A stretch of DNA of 64,000 nucleotides. Origin: Lama guanicoe. Lineage: Eukaryota. Under the pieces are notes generated by a model. The model did not search any database and was not told the origin of the DNA. It worked only from the letters and a program-made list of their open reading frames with translations. The stretch spans positions 4,481,846 to 4,545,845 of the forward strand of contig MU056737.1 of NCBI GenBank assembly GCA_013239625.1, written 5' to 3'. This document shows, piece by piece, positions 50,251 to 63,215 of this stretch. The first letter of the stretch is position 1; each line of letters starts with the position of its first letter. Made by a program: the position numbers and the translations under genes.

Positions 50251-50415
50251 CTTTTTTTTTTAAGCTTTGTTTTGTAACTTGGTGTGTGTGGGGGTAATTA
50301 GGTGTATTTATCTGTTTATTTAATGGAGGGACTGGGGATTGCACCCAGGACCTCGTGCGCGCTAAGCACATGCTCTACCACTGTGCCACATTCTGTGTAC
50401 CACACCCCTTCTCCA
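50251..50415 (-). mobile_element. tRNA-derived SINE, Vic-1-like, more diverged copy
   Basis: The minus strand reads cagtggtagagcatgtgcttagcgcgcacgaggtcctgggtgcaatccccagtccctccattaaataaac...cctaattacccc, then an A tail. Near-TSD ccagataccaag (50239-50250) and ccagacaccaag (50416-50427). Confidence 0.85.
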
Positions 50416-53088
50416 CCAGACACCAAGTCTTCATGTGAGAACTTAGTGGGAAATTGTGTCTTTAATAATCAGTGGGAGAGAGGCTGACTTACGAACCTAA
50501 ATTACTTTCGTATTTTATTCTTAGGAGTTGAGATTTACTTAAGAAAAATATTTGCTATACACCAAAATCACACACACAGAGATGCCTGCTTGTGAACATT
50601 TTCTGAAATCCAAAGAGTTGGCTTCTGCATTTGGCCAACTTCTTACGATGTGCAGGACATCTGGGCGGTCATCCTCTTCCGCGGCATCAGTTAGTTAAGC
50701 GCATTCCAAGCTAAAAGTCCCACGATTGTCCCTCTAAGGGGTGAAGCGCAGGCTTGCTTCCTGGCGTCGCTGGGACCTGCAGACCTGTTCCTGGTGGCAG
50801 ACTCGTGCGCTGTGGTGTTGAAGCCGTGGTTCGTCTGAGTCCCCAGCAACCGGGCTGAGCTTCGGGGGTCTGGCCGGTTCCCCCAGGTGGGAAAACAGAA
50901 TTCCCATTTACTTCGTGCCCTCTGATTCCAACGCTGAGACTGCGCATTATTTACTGCTGGATGCCTCCCCCTGGAATTTAGTGAGGACTGCGTACGAATA
51001 CGACGGATGTGACTGTACAGGTTGCTCTGCACAGCCAGGGTCTGTGCGGGCTGTGGCCACACGCGTCTCACTCCGCTCTGCCAGGAAGCTCGCTTGCATC
51101 GTACCTTCAGTTATCGCGAGGAGGAGAGGTATCGGGGGCTTCTGCTTAATTGCGCTTATAGCCCAAATGTGGGCAAAAAAGACCTGTGGTATGAAGTAAA
51201 AGGAAAACATAAAAGACGCTGTATCTTCTCTCCTGCTTCACCTTCTGCCCCAAGTCCCCATCAGGCCTGGGAGGCCATCCTGAACTTCCGCCCGTAGGAA
51301 GGAGGCTGCGGGCTCGGCAGCCGGGGAGCTGCTGTTGGCGGCTTCTCGGGGCGAGGCGGTTTCTCACCAGCATCCCTGTGCTCACCCAGTCCTGACTTTA
51401 GCCTGAACCGGCCCAGACGTCTGGAAGCCAGAACCCAGGAAATGGGGAGTGTTGGGTGTCCCCCAACACTGAACTGCTGTCTCTGAGACCTGAAAATAAC
51501 TGCCCGGTTTCTCACAGTGGCCTGGTCCACGGCTCACTCCAGGGAAGGACCCCAACAAGAGGAGGACAGTCCTCCTCGCTCCGGACAGTCCCGAGCCGCC
51601 CTCACCGCGGCCCTGGGTGGGGGCGGAGCCCAGGCAGCGACACAGCCCAGCCCCACCAGACGAGAGGCTGGGGCGTGAGCGAGGCTTCGGCTTGGTTTTC
51701 TAAATTAGCCCGGCCGGAGAAACACCGAGCACACCGAGAGCGTTCACCGAGAGAGCCTGGCCGGACGGCGGCAGCGAGGCCTCTGAGCACAGACGGAAGC
51801 AGCGTCTGAGGTCGACCCCCGTTGGGAGGGACGGAGCTACTTCCTCCCCAGAATAACCCTAGAGACCAAGTCCTAGGTCTGCTGGGTGTGGACGAAGTGC
51901 TTCGCTTTGAATTCACTCTCCCACAGCGAGGCTGCTACGCTGCGCCCTCACTGTGTGGGGCGTGAAGTCTGAGCAGGGCCTGAGGGACACGCTCCAGGCA
52001 ACAGACCACTGGAACAAGTGGGACCCACAACCATGGCCCTGGTCACCCCCAGGGCGTCAGACGGCAAAGGCCTCATCTAAGATCACCACTGCCTCCCTCG
52101 GTCACCTACCCCGAAACCTCACTGCGTCAGGACCGGAGGGGTCTCCTGCACGCACTGTATTCGACTGGAAGCCAATTTGAGAATTTGGTGAGAGATCCTG
52201 AAACCCCCTGGAAACCAATGTTGAGGAACAGGGTTCAGGGGGACACCCCAACCAGCCTCCCGCACAGCCCTCCTCCCCGTCCCCACAGCTCTGCCGCGCG
52301 CTCCGAAAGCTCTTACTTCACCAACTTGTCACCGGCACTCACTCTACTTAGTCCCGAAAGGCTGCCAATCACCACTCAGAGTGACCTTTGGCCCCTTTTC
52401 TCCGTCCCTGGGCTGCCCGCCCTGGTGCGGAAGGACAGGAGCGGCGGGGCGAGGCCGGCGGGGGTGGCTGGCGCGCCTGCTGGCCCCAGGGTCTCCAGGA
52501 ACAGGAATTCCTCCCCTGGTCCTCTGACACCTGCTGCCCCGGGAGGCCCAGCCCTGGCACCTGCGCCCTTGGAAGGAAGACCCCACCCAAGGAAAACCAA
52601 GGAAAGCAGCCCACAGCCTTGGGTCTGCCTCTAGCCTCTCCGTCCTTCTGGCAGGAGGCAGGTTTGGGTCTGGCGTCTCCTGTTTGTTTCCCGTGTGAGG
52701 AACGTGTGGGCCCAGGAACCCGCCACACAACCAACTAAGAATTTTCCTAAAGTCTTGGGTTCCAGCGGTAACTACAGCAACTAACTCCTCAGGTTGCTGC
52801 TGTGAGCCCCAGGGTGACCAGGCCCAGCGCCCCAGCACCTCGTCCCCTCTGCCTCATACGTGGTCCCGCCTGGGGACAGACTGCAGTGAGCCTGCCCGCG
52901 AGTTTTCAGGGTGCGTGGCCAATGGCGCTCTGAACCAGGGTCCGGGCATGGGCAGGGGGCCGAGTGGTACCTGGTGGAGGCTAGTTACTGGGCGGAGACT
53001 GGTTGCCAGCTTGTGGCCCAGTGCCGGGTGGGCGGGTCCTGGCCACACCCCCCGGGGAAGCCGGCGGCCTGGCGCCGCGGGTACTCAC

Positions 53089-53162
53089 GATGGGGCTGGC
53101 GTTGATGTAGTCGGAGCTGCTGTGGCTGTTTCCCGAGTTCAGCCGGACCCTGGAGTGGTCGT
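53089..53162 (-). CDS. PTPRN2: PTPRN2 coding exon (~exon 16), 74 bp: (Y)[24 protein letters not shown]
   Basis: Acceptor ...acttgcag|AC GAC CAC and donor CCC ATC|gtgagt. Contains the PTP DYINAS motif. Starts in phase 1 and ends in phase 0. Confidence 0.95.
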
Positions 53163-56100
53163 CTGCAAGTCCAAGAGCAGAGAATCAACCGTGTGCAGGC
53201 GTCCAAGCACCACGCGGAAGCGGAGCGAGCCCAATGGCCGCCCGCGGACATCCCCTGTGCGCCCCTTGGCGCCGCCCGGCCCTCCTGAAGGCCTTTCAGC
53301 GAGCGCCCCCTCCCTGCCCCGTCCCCGCGGTCCCACTCGGCAGAATGGAGATATCCCCCCCGTTCTTCTTGTGTGAAGTCTGAACGCCAAGGTTTGGTGT
53401 TCCTCTGCGATACCCTGTCCAGTGTTTGCCTCTAAGTGACACATGTTTGGCAACATGCAAATTATAAAATCAACGTGATATTAGGCTGTTAGACCACCAC
53501 TCAATATACACAGTTTTGCAGCCTAGAGAGAGTTAAATCCTCAAGACAAGAATGCAGGTTTAAAAGGAGGGTGGGAGAAAAAGAAGATGCAGCCGAGGAG
53601 GGGGCAGGGGAGTGAGGGCACGTGGAGACTCGCAGACACAGGAACGCGCCTTAATGGGCACGTTAATGTGACTGATGTTGAAACCAGACGCTTCCACGGG
53701 GATTCGTCCACGTGAGCTGTCGAGGCTTTTCGGTTCAGTCAAGGAATCGTCCTGAATTTCGGTTCTGGAATCACCACCCATCCACGTACGGCGGCGTCTC
53801 TCTGCCGGTTTTCAGGAGCTTTCACAGTGAGCAGGGCGCCCCCGAGAGCCCCCTCCTGGCCCCCTCCTCCCTTTCCCCTGAGAAGTGCAGACTTGAAAAC
53901 GGACAGTACGGAGCTGAGCTCTGTCCCCTGCTGCTGCTGTGAATGCCTCTCGGTGGCCACACACCACCTGCTTCTGCTGAGGCAGCAGAGCCAGACTCTC
54001 CCCAGCTGTGAGCGCGTCACCCCCAGATTCCCGGCCGGGTCTCCCCGCTTCCTGCCCCCGGCAGCTCGGGGCAGGACAGGGAAGCATGGGGACCTCACTG
54101 TGCTTTGTGCTTCTTCATTCTCCAGCAGATTCTGCTTACTCTAAACAACTCTGGGGCTCGGGAGACCTGGTGAGCCCCCAGACTGACCGAACTTGGAAGG
54201 TACTGTCCACCACACTGAATGCCGTCCTGTCTCTCGTTAAGGTGTTAATGTTGGCAGGTGAGAATCATCCAGAGACAGGGAGGGGCTCACGCCTGACATG
54301 TTCACCTGAGCACGCGTCACACAAACCCAGGCGACGCAGAAACATTCGGAAGGCGTTTATGACGGGAGATTCGGAAGCGCCCCGCCAAGGTGCAACCAGC
54401 GACCGAAGTCCCCTGGAGCCAACGGCTTTGGGTCCTGCCAGATTTATTCTTGAGAGAGTGGAAGTTGGCTGTGGCAGGAAGATGAACTATGACTGACTAG
54501 AAACACTGGTCAGCCGCGACTTCCCAGCACGCCGCGAGCACGAGCTCCACAGCGAGGTCCGAGAGGCCCCGTTTCTCAGTGGGCGGCTGCCATCGAAGCC
54601 CAACCCTGGGCCGTGGCCCGCGAGCAGGCCTTCTGAACGCACAGGTCTGGGTAAACAGCAGGGCTTCCGGCTGCCTCTGGAGGGCTCCCAAGGGCCTCCC
54701 TGGAGTCCACCTCATCACACGTATTTCAACACGCCGGCTTCAGGTCCTGGTGAGAGCGGCACTCCGGCCCCCCAGTGCCTGAGAACCGCAGAGCAGGCTG
54801 GCTGGCGATCGGAGGGAGGGGAGCAGGCGGGAGCCCCCGTGAGGACCCTGATCCTTCTTGGAGCAGAGCAGCCCCCGGTCGCGGAGCCGAGCAGGCACCG
54901 GCTTGCGGGGCGGCCGGGGCCTGCGGGCCTCCCGGCTCAGTGGGCAAGCGTAGCTGGGTTTTCTAGTCAGAAAAACAAGAACTCGCGGCCTAAGCTGGGA
55001 GTCCCGTGAATGCCTGATGGTTAGTGAGAAAGTGCTCTGCGCACCAGGGCCCTAGCCTGGCTGTGAGGACAGCTCGCGGATGACCCCGGCATCCCGGCAG
55101 GGGGCCCTTCCGACTGCGTTCATGCCTGAAGGACCCCCTTTCCAAAAGGCCACTGAGTCAGGGACCAGGGCTTCAAATTTCAGACTTCCACGGCCTTCCT
55201 ACCACATATCTGACTGCAGCAACAAGTGGATTTTAAAATTAATGGTGAACTTGTTTTGTTGTTATTGTGGGACCATCTTGAACCTCCAGCTGAAACACCT
55301 GGGGCCTTCCCGGAAGGGCCAGAGTGATGCTGGCCAGAGTCCAGCGGGGGGTGGGTCCACGTAGGAGGGACGGTCCAGCAGACATTTCACTTGGGGGCAA
55401 GCCCCTGAACTGCTCTGTGGCTCACGGTTCCTGTCCATCCCTTTCAAAGGGATGTTCTGGGCGGGGGTGTGCTGTATTCTCCGAGATGCAAGTCAGACAG
55501 CAAGGCCTGGTGGTTGAGGGGATTCACTCGCAGTAACACGCAGGTAGAGGCGAAGCCAGGGCCTCTGAGCAAATGACCCTCCCCCTCCCCCACGCGTGGT
55601 CGGCTGAATGTCAGTCCTTCGTCTTCCCAGCACAAACATACGTCTCGTTCCTGGCAGCAAATTCAACACGGGGACCCAAACACAGAGCAAGAATTTTTGC
55701 AGCCTTGGCGCTGACATTTGCATTGAGAAGTGGGTGTGTCCCTCTGGATCTCGGTCTGAGATGTCGCTCAGGCGTCAGGAAGCACGGACGTGCAGAAATG
55801 CAGGCAGCATCTCCCCGCCTGCGTCTGGCTCTGGGACGGAGTCTTCTCCTCTGACAGGACAGAGCCACGGCTGTGAGCCTTGTCGGCGGGGGGTGGTGGG
55901 CAGCTCTGGGGGCACCGCTGAGTCTCCCGGGGTGTGCGCTGCTTCTCAGAGCCCGGGGCGCTCAGCAGGCACCACCGTGCTCAAGGACGCTGCTCCCAGC
56001 TTCTCTCTTTCCCGCCTGCCCTGACACAGCGTTGTGTGCATCGCCCCCCTTCTTCCTGGGACGCTGTACCGTGGGCAGAACAGGGACCACTTTCCTGTTT

Positions 56101-57896
56101 CAAGTTGAAGCAACTCAGGCCCCAAGGATCAAACACTTGACCTGACAAAGGCCATGGAGCTCAGGGCCCAGACCTGGCCCAGCCCTGCCACCTGCCAGCC
56201 AGGTGGTATTCGAGTAAATGCCTTGGTGTTTCAGTGTCAGATTCATCACCCACAACGAGGGCGGAGCCCTCTGACCCCCAGGGCTGCCGTGATGTAAGGC
56301 TTCCACAAAGCGCTCCCGTAAGGCCGGGCACGGAGCAAGGGCTGTGGGAACAAGCTCAGGGTTACAGGCGGCCACACGCCTCGCTGACTCAAAGTCAGCT
56401 GAGCCGGCAGACGTTGTTTACAGTTCACAGTGCTGTCAGCAAACACAGAGAGAGTCCCAGAAACGCCAACGGGAGACCCAGGCCCCAGCGCTTCTCGATC
56501 ACGACCGGGGCGAGGAAGCCTTGAGGACAGACGTGCTGGGTCGTCGTGAGGACCCGGAGCTCGGTCGCCAGTGGAGTCAGGGCCATCGTCCAGAGCCTTC
56601 CTACGCTCCCCTGACCCCCTCTGAGGAAGGTGTGCGGGGGCCCATGGCATGTGACCTCAGCCTGTAACGGATCTCCAAGGATGGCGTGTTCCCAGCCCCC
56701 CGGTTCTGGCACTCACGCGAAGTGTGTTGACCCACTTCCGAGTCAATGATCTCCACGTCTCTGGTGGGTGGAGTCTGTGGTGCTGCTGCTGGTCACCGGA
56801 TCAGGCCTCCGCGGGAGCCGTGGGCTGACACAGTCACAGGGGGGCTCTTCATGAGAGTGGTCTGCCAGTGTCCCGCTGGGAGCGCCGGCTGCCTCAGCGC
56901 TCTGTGGGGATTTAGATTCAACCACCTCACTGCCTGACGGCATTTGCTCTGCTTTGATGGGGTGGCTGGTGGAAACATGGGGTGTCTGGTGACAGGCCAG
57001 CCCTCTGTCTGGACGGTCAGGGCTCCAAGTCTTCAGGGGGACTCACACATCGGGACATGCTCACAAATGGCACCAAAGACCACGGGTTCTTCTCCGATCC
57101 CTTGGGTCCATGGATGGGTCAGTGAGCCGTGGATATTCCTTGTCCTTCTCCGTCAGTCTCCTGATTCCTGCCAAGCACACCTGGAACCGTCTTTGTTGCT
57201 TTGGACTTGTCACAGTGGAGGTGAAGCAAAAAGTGTTGACACCGTGTTTGGTAACCAAGGCTCTGAGAAGCTGCTAGATGTCGTGTTTCTCTGCAGCTCT
57301 GGGGACCTGGGGACAAATGTGACCACGAAACACCCTTTCTCTCAAGCGTTTAAGAAGAAAAGCTGCAGCATTCTGTGCAGCGTCTCCTCAGATCAGCACT
57401 TAGGCAAATTGGGCATCTGTGGTCCCAGGTCCGGACACTTGCCTACGTCCAAGACAGTGAGAAAACAAGGCTGGGTCTGTCCCACAAGATGCTTGCCCAG
57501 CGCCTGAGCCGTCCCATGACGCAGAGGCTCCCCTGGCTTCCCGGCCCCGAGCACAGCAAAAGCAGGTCCCGGAGTCACACACGTGTCCTGAAATGTGGTC
57601 AGACGGCTGGTCTCCTGTCTCGTCTCTTGGTTTCACCAGCATCTCTGCAGATCTCCCAAGAAGCAACCCCAGGCAGGACTGCTGCCCAGCCTGCCGTGTG
57701 AGCAGCAGTGTGGGCAGGTCACACGGGCTGGGGCACGGTGGCCGCCCCGGTCCAGCTGCACACCAGCATCGTCGCCCAGCATCTCCGTGGAAAAGGCCCC
57801 TCTGGGCACAGCCCCTGTGCCGAGCAGGAACAGACCTCAGGGCTCAGGGTATGGCTTCACACCACCCCCGCTACTGAGCGGCCCCGGGCACCTGGT

Positions 57897-58215
57897 GTCA
57901 AAGGTTGAATTGTGTACCCTGGAAAGATGTGCTGGAGCCCTAGCCCTCAGGACCCCGGGACGTGGCCTTACTTGAGGTCTGTACAGGTGACTGTGTTACA
58001 ATGAGGTCATATGGGTGGGCTTAATCCAACGTGCCTGGTGTCCTTATAAAGGGGGAGTTGGGACTCAGACAGGCACGGAGGGAAGACGCCGTGAGGACAC
58101 GGAGATGACTGCCGTCTGCAGGCCAAGAGGAGGCCCAGGAAGATGCTCCCCCAGAGCCCGGGGGGCCGGCCTTGTCCTGGACACCAGCCTGTGGCCTGTG
58201 AGGACACATCTCTGC
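57897..58215 (+). mobile_element. MLT1A-C-like (ERVL-MaLR) solo LTR
   Basis: tgtcaaaggttgaattgtgtacc...atgaggtcatatgggtgggcttaatccaacgtgcctggtgtccttataaaggggg...gggaagacgccgtgaggacacggag...ctgcaggccaagagga. Confidence 0.8.
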
Positions 58216-59799
58216 CCTGGACCCTCCTGCGCCCGGAGTCAGGGGTCCACCCGGGTCCGGCTTTCTCGCGATTTGCCTGTCTGCCCTTTCCACGCGTTTA
58301 ACTGCTTTTGGGTCCCCGCTTCTTCAGGAGGAGGCTGACCTGATGATTGGGAAGCTCCCAGCAGCTAAAAAGGCTAGTTTTCCACAAGTTATCAGCAAAC
58401 AGACACGCGGTGCCACCATGAGCCCGGGAGCAGCTACAGGGCTTTGTCTCTGTGGGAGGAGGCTCCTGGCACTGTGGGTACAGCGGTGCAGCCAGCGCGC
58501 CGTCCTTGCTCCCCGAGGCCAGGGTGACTGCGAGCACAGTGTGCGAGGGTTTGCCAGCAGCAAAGCACAAGAACAACTGTGCACAGTGAGAGCACAGGCG
58601 TCAACCAAGCAAAACCACGCCACCCACACAGTTCCACCCAGAGACCTCGATCAGCCAACCTTGGCTATAAATCTCTGTGCAGGGACCGCATCCCACACGG
58701 CAGCTGAGACGGGAAGGCAAGACATGAAGACAGGCGAGAACGCGGCCTCCCAGGGCCCTGGCGGGTGGGCAACTCGCTTTGTTTAAACAAAAGAGCAAAA
58801 AAGCCTGTGTTGTCCTGAGCACAATGCTGTCACCAGGAACAATCCTGGTCTCCATCTGTGCTGACCGAGGGTAGACAGAGGGCGAACACAGGTGTCACCT
58901 TCAACTGACAGTCACAGCCGCTGACAGGGACCAGGCGCACGGGGAGACTCTGACCTCTGAGGACAAGATGGTTATCCCCCTAGGCCTTGCCAACCAAGAT
59001 GTTTCTGGGAAAGTAAGGGGAGAAAACTTGGCAGGAACCTTGCCAATTACCTTAGTAGAGATTTACCCGTAGTGAGCAGGTGGGAGGATCCCCAAACACC
59101 TCACAGAGCCGACGGCTCACACGGCCCAGAAGGGAAGGGGCCGTGGAAGGTGCCCAGGGGTCTGGGGACGACGTAGCAGGAAGAGGGGGCAGAAACAAGA
59201 CCTCAGGCGCAGGATTACCTCTGACCAGCCGTGGGGGTGCGGCGCCCGGCGTCCTGCGCAGATGGAAACACGGCCTCGGGCGCCCAGAACAGCAGTGGAA
59301 GGTTGATCTTACTGGAAGGAAGGACCTTGGGGAGGGAGGGGGCTGCACCTGGGAGGTGGGTCCTGGCCAGACCCTCACGCCGTCAGGGAGCAGAGGGACG
59401 GAGCCTGGGTCAAGACGAAGGAGCCGGGGGGCACGCCCAGAAGCTCCCTGAAGCCCTCGGCGCTGGACACTGCTCCATGGATAAGCCCTCCTCCCAGCAG
59501 GTGCCAAAGTATAACCAAAAAGTCCGGTTACACGTTCAGGCCCGGGAGAGGCCTATGGATACAGGCCTGGGTCACTGATGATGCGGTGTGCTGGGCTAGA
59601 AGGCAGGCGTGCTGGAAGCGTCTCTGTTCCTTCATTTCCGTCATAAGGTGGCAGCTGACCTTATTCCCAGGGTGGTTTTTCACACAGAACGTTTTCAAAC
59701 ATTTTCATTATCACCTTCCAGTAGTTGTGGCAGAGCTGGGGTGTCGGGGGCAGTGCTCAGCTGCGCTCACACCTCTCGGTGGGAGTCCCCTCCTCCGCA

Positions 59800-60190
59800 G
59801 ACGAGTTCCCATGGCTGCTGGAATGAATTTCCATAAACCTACTGTCTTGAAAACCAAATCTCTGACAGTCCCGCCGCTCAGAAGTCTGAAATGAGTCTGG
59901 ATCTGGGCGCCGGCCGGGCGGGTTCCTCCTGGAGGCTCCGGGGCGAATCGCTTCCTCGCCGTGTCCGCCTCCAGCTGCACCCGTTCCTGGCAGGCCCCCC
60001 ACCTTCAGCCTGCTTGAGGCCCCTCTCTTCTGCATGTAAGGACCCTGGTGATCACCTCAGGACCGCCTGGAAAACCAAGCTCCTCTTCCTAAGTTCAGGT
60101 CAGTTGATGAGCAAACCTTGTTTCATCTGTAACCTCAGCTTCCCATTGTCGCGTAGGAAGTGCATTCACGGATCCCCAGGGTAGAATGTG
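59800..60190 (-). mobile_element. MLT1 (ERVL-MaLR) LTR, antisense
   Basis: ggctgctggaatgaatttccataaac...cagaagtctgaaatgagtct...gggttcctcctggaggctccggggcgaatc...taaggaccctggtgatcac...tcagttgatgagcaaacctt. Confidence 0.7.
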
Positions 60191-60222
60191 GCGACTCGGC
60201 TTAGAAACAGCACAGCGCCGAG

Positions 60223-60250
60223 ATCAGCACCACGGCTGTGGACAGCGACC
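60223..60250 (+). promoter_or_regulatory. Candidate non-canonical (8-nt spacer) RE1/REST site
   Basis: aTCAGCACC-acggctgt-GGACAGCGacc contains both RE1 half-sites. Confidence 0.4.
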
Positions 60251-61182
60251 GGAAGCCTTGCTGCCGAGAAGGACAGGAGAGGTGGGAAGACAGAGAGAGG
60301 GGAGGGGACAGGTGGGAGGGGACGTGGGCGTAACTAAGCACAGCCTCTAATTCTGGTTTTCCTGCTAAAACTTGATACTGTGGAAGTTAAAGCAAGCAAG
60401 CGTGTTCCTGGATGTCCAAACTGAATTCTAACAAGGAAAGAACTAAACTGACGGTAACCTTGAGAGAAAAGCAGCCAAACCATCTCGAAGTTCTCAGTTG
60501 CCAAGAAGAAGAATGCTGGGCATTTAAGACATAACCAGATGAGAGAACTTTGTTCCGGAGACTCCAGAACGGGCCGAGCCAAAGAGGCGGAAACATGAGA
60601 ATTCTGCTGACACAGCTGTAGGCATCCTGAGTGAGAGAATGAGAGCGACAGCCCAGGAGACCAGGGCTGTCCACGACTGAAAAGGTCACACACAAAAGAC
60701 GGAAGGGGATGGACACAGATGGACACAGACTAGGGGCTCACACTGCACAGGACGGTTTCAGAGAGGCTGGCACCCCGAGGGGGATGGTGAAGAGAATGCT
60801 TTTTTGAACCAGAAAGGACAGAAAGGAGACAGGTACGGGGTGGACAGACGCTGGCAGGACAGGGGTCACTGGCAGGCTCTAGTTGCAGGAACGGGTTTTA
60901 CAAGTCCTCTGGGTGCGGCCACAAGAGCGTGCTGCCATGTTCACAGCAGCATCCTGGGGATGCAAAGTCCAGTCGCATAGTGTCCCTAGGCCACTGGGTC
61001 TTGGGTGCACGACCAGAAAGGGGGAAACAGCAGGTCTGGAAACCAGGCCGCCAGCTCCCAAGGACCTGGCAAAGGGGCCGGACTCCTGGCTGGACAGCTC
61101 GTGAAGACAGAGGGGGCAGTCCCTGGGGGAAGAGGAGCTTCTCAGGAGCAGGTCACGTCGGAAAACCCAGGGGGCCATTTCA

Positions 61183-61440
61183 GAACTAAAATGGCTAAAG
61201 AGACGTGAAATCCAAAATGCAGTTATGAACCCTGACTTCAGCAAAAAACTGCTGTAAGTGATGTAACTGGAATATCTGGGAACAATGGAATATGGACCGG
61301 AATTAATGAAAACGGAGAGTTACTGATTTTCTTAGTTACAACAATGGGGACGTAGTTATGCGGGAGAAAGTCTTCATTTTTAGGAGGCATGGGCTAAAGC
61401 ATTTAGCTGTCACGATGCCTAGAACCCACTTTGAGAAGCC
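61183..61440 (+). mobile_element. L1MC/ME-type 3' UTR fragment
   Basis: aaagagacgtgaaatccaaaatgcagttatgaaccctga...tggaatatggac...ttttcttagttacaacaatgg...gttatgcgggagaaagtcttcatttttaggaggcatg. Confidence 0.6.
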
Positions 61441-63151
61441 CGGCCAATAAACTAAGCACACGCATACGTCACACAAAAGTGGCAGAACGCTGAGCAGCAG
61501 CTGCGGGAGCCTAGCTGGTGGGAACGCAGGCGACCACCAAATTTCCATTTCAACCCGAGTGTTCCCAAACTTTTGTGATAAAAAGTAGGGGGAGAAATCA
61601 CATCAGGCCAGAAGTCTTGCTTCTTTGCAAAGCGCCCCGGACTGGCCAACAAGGACTCTTCTGGGGGGTCAGGAGGGCAGCAGGGGCGGCCACGTCACCA
61701 CCTCACGCTCCGGCTCCAGGGCGAGGGTGTGAGGGGGACGCTGCACACGCGGCCTGCGCCGCCTGCTCCCACCCACTTGCCGCACAGCAGAGCTGCCGCC
61801 AGCGCCTGGCCCACCAACAGCCACTGGGACGCGCGTCAGCGTGAGGGAGGCCTCGGAAGGCAGCGCCGTATTCATCCTGCTGGAAGTGACTGTAGCAACG
61901 GCCTGGAGGCACGTAAACCACGTTTACAAAACGTGCGGATGGGAGAGAGCGGAGGGGGGGGCTCTTGTGCTGACCAGGAATCGCCCCCGTCTCGTTTCGA
62001 CAAGGATCCGTTCCTCAGAGGTGGACGCAGAGTTCAGCCCTGCGTGGCGGGAGGCCTGGGGCTGTGCCCTGGGACATGCCCATGGCACAGGGAACGTAAG
62101 CCAGAAATGCCCACGCGGAGGAGGGAGCATGCCCCCGCCGTGGCCCTTCTGAAGGGCTGTGATCGGCTGCTTGGGGCACGGAAAACTAGTGTCCATCGAG
62201 GGGCCCGCTGTCGGCGCCACCCCCAGGTGCCAGTTTCCCAGCGCCCTCTGGGGGCCCTCCAACATGAGTCTCTGGGCAGCGTCGGGACAGAAGCCAGGCT
62301 GCGTGAGGTCAGGTGTCTTGTGAGCCTAGAGGCGGAGCCTCAAGGAAAGGGGCTGAGGAGGGAACCTGAAGCCTGAGCGGCTGAACCGCGTGGACAGCGC
62401 AGCCTCCACCTGCCAGGCAGCCCCTCTGCTCTGGGAGGCGTCGGGGCGGTGCCCACGGAGGGGCGTGAGCCGGCGGCCCGGCCCCGCCCCCGAGGACCTG
62501 CGCCCTCAGACGCAGCCTGGCGACTGGGCGCCCTCTGTGCTTCGAGGGCGGCCCCCTGCCCCCTGCCCCACAGACCTCCAGTCTCAGGAGCACGGCTCCC
62601 GCCGAGACGTCGTCGTCAAGAAGGAAGCCCTCACAGACCCTGCTGCTGGGACGTCTTCCTTCCAGCACCAGCACACCCAGGCCTCCCCACCCCAGCTGGT
62701 TCTGAGGCCGAAGAAAGGAGGAGGAGAACCCGGCCAAGACAGGGCTGCTCCCGACACGTAACCTCCCCGCCCGCTCGTCCTGTCTGCCTGTCAGATCTAG
62801 GAGAATCTTCCGTGGCTGACTGCTGCAGGCAGACCAGGTCACGCACATGTGACCAGGCCAGAACATTCACTATGGGGACTCTGCTCAGGGTTGGGGAGAA
62901 ACTGTAAAGCAAAGCTTTGTTTGGACAGAACTTGTTTCCTGCGTGGTTTAAGGGCAGCACGGCAGTCCTTGTGGGCCCCAAACCCTCCCTCTGCGGATGT
63001 CTGGGAACTGGGTTCATTCTCCTGACACGAGAAACCTCAGGTGAGCCCACAAAGCACGTGCGGGGCAGTGTGCGGTCAGCACAGGGGACGTGGGCTCAAA
63101 CCCCAGTGTCCCCCTCTGTCCTGTGGGGCTGGGGGGCTCCGGGGGGGGGGG

Positions 63152-63215
63152 NNNNNNNNNNNNNNNNNNNNNNNNNNNNNNNNNNNNNNNNNNNNNNNNN
63201 NNNNNNNNNNNNNNN
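63152..63215. other. Assembly gap (64 N) between poly-G runs
   Basis: N run. Confidence 0.99.
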
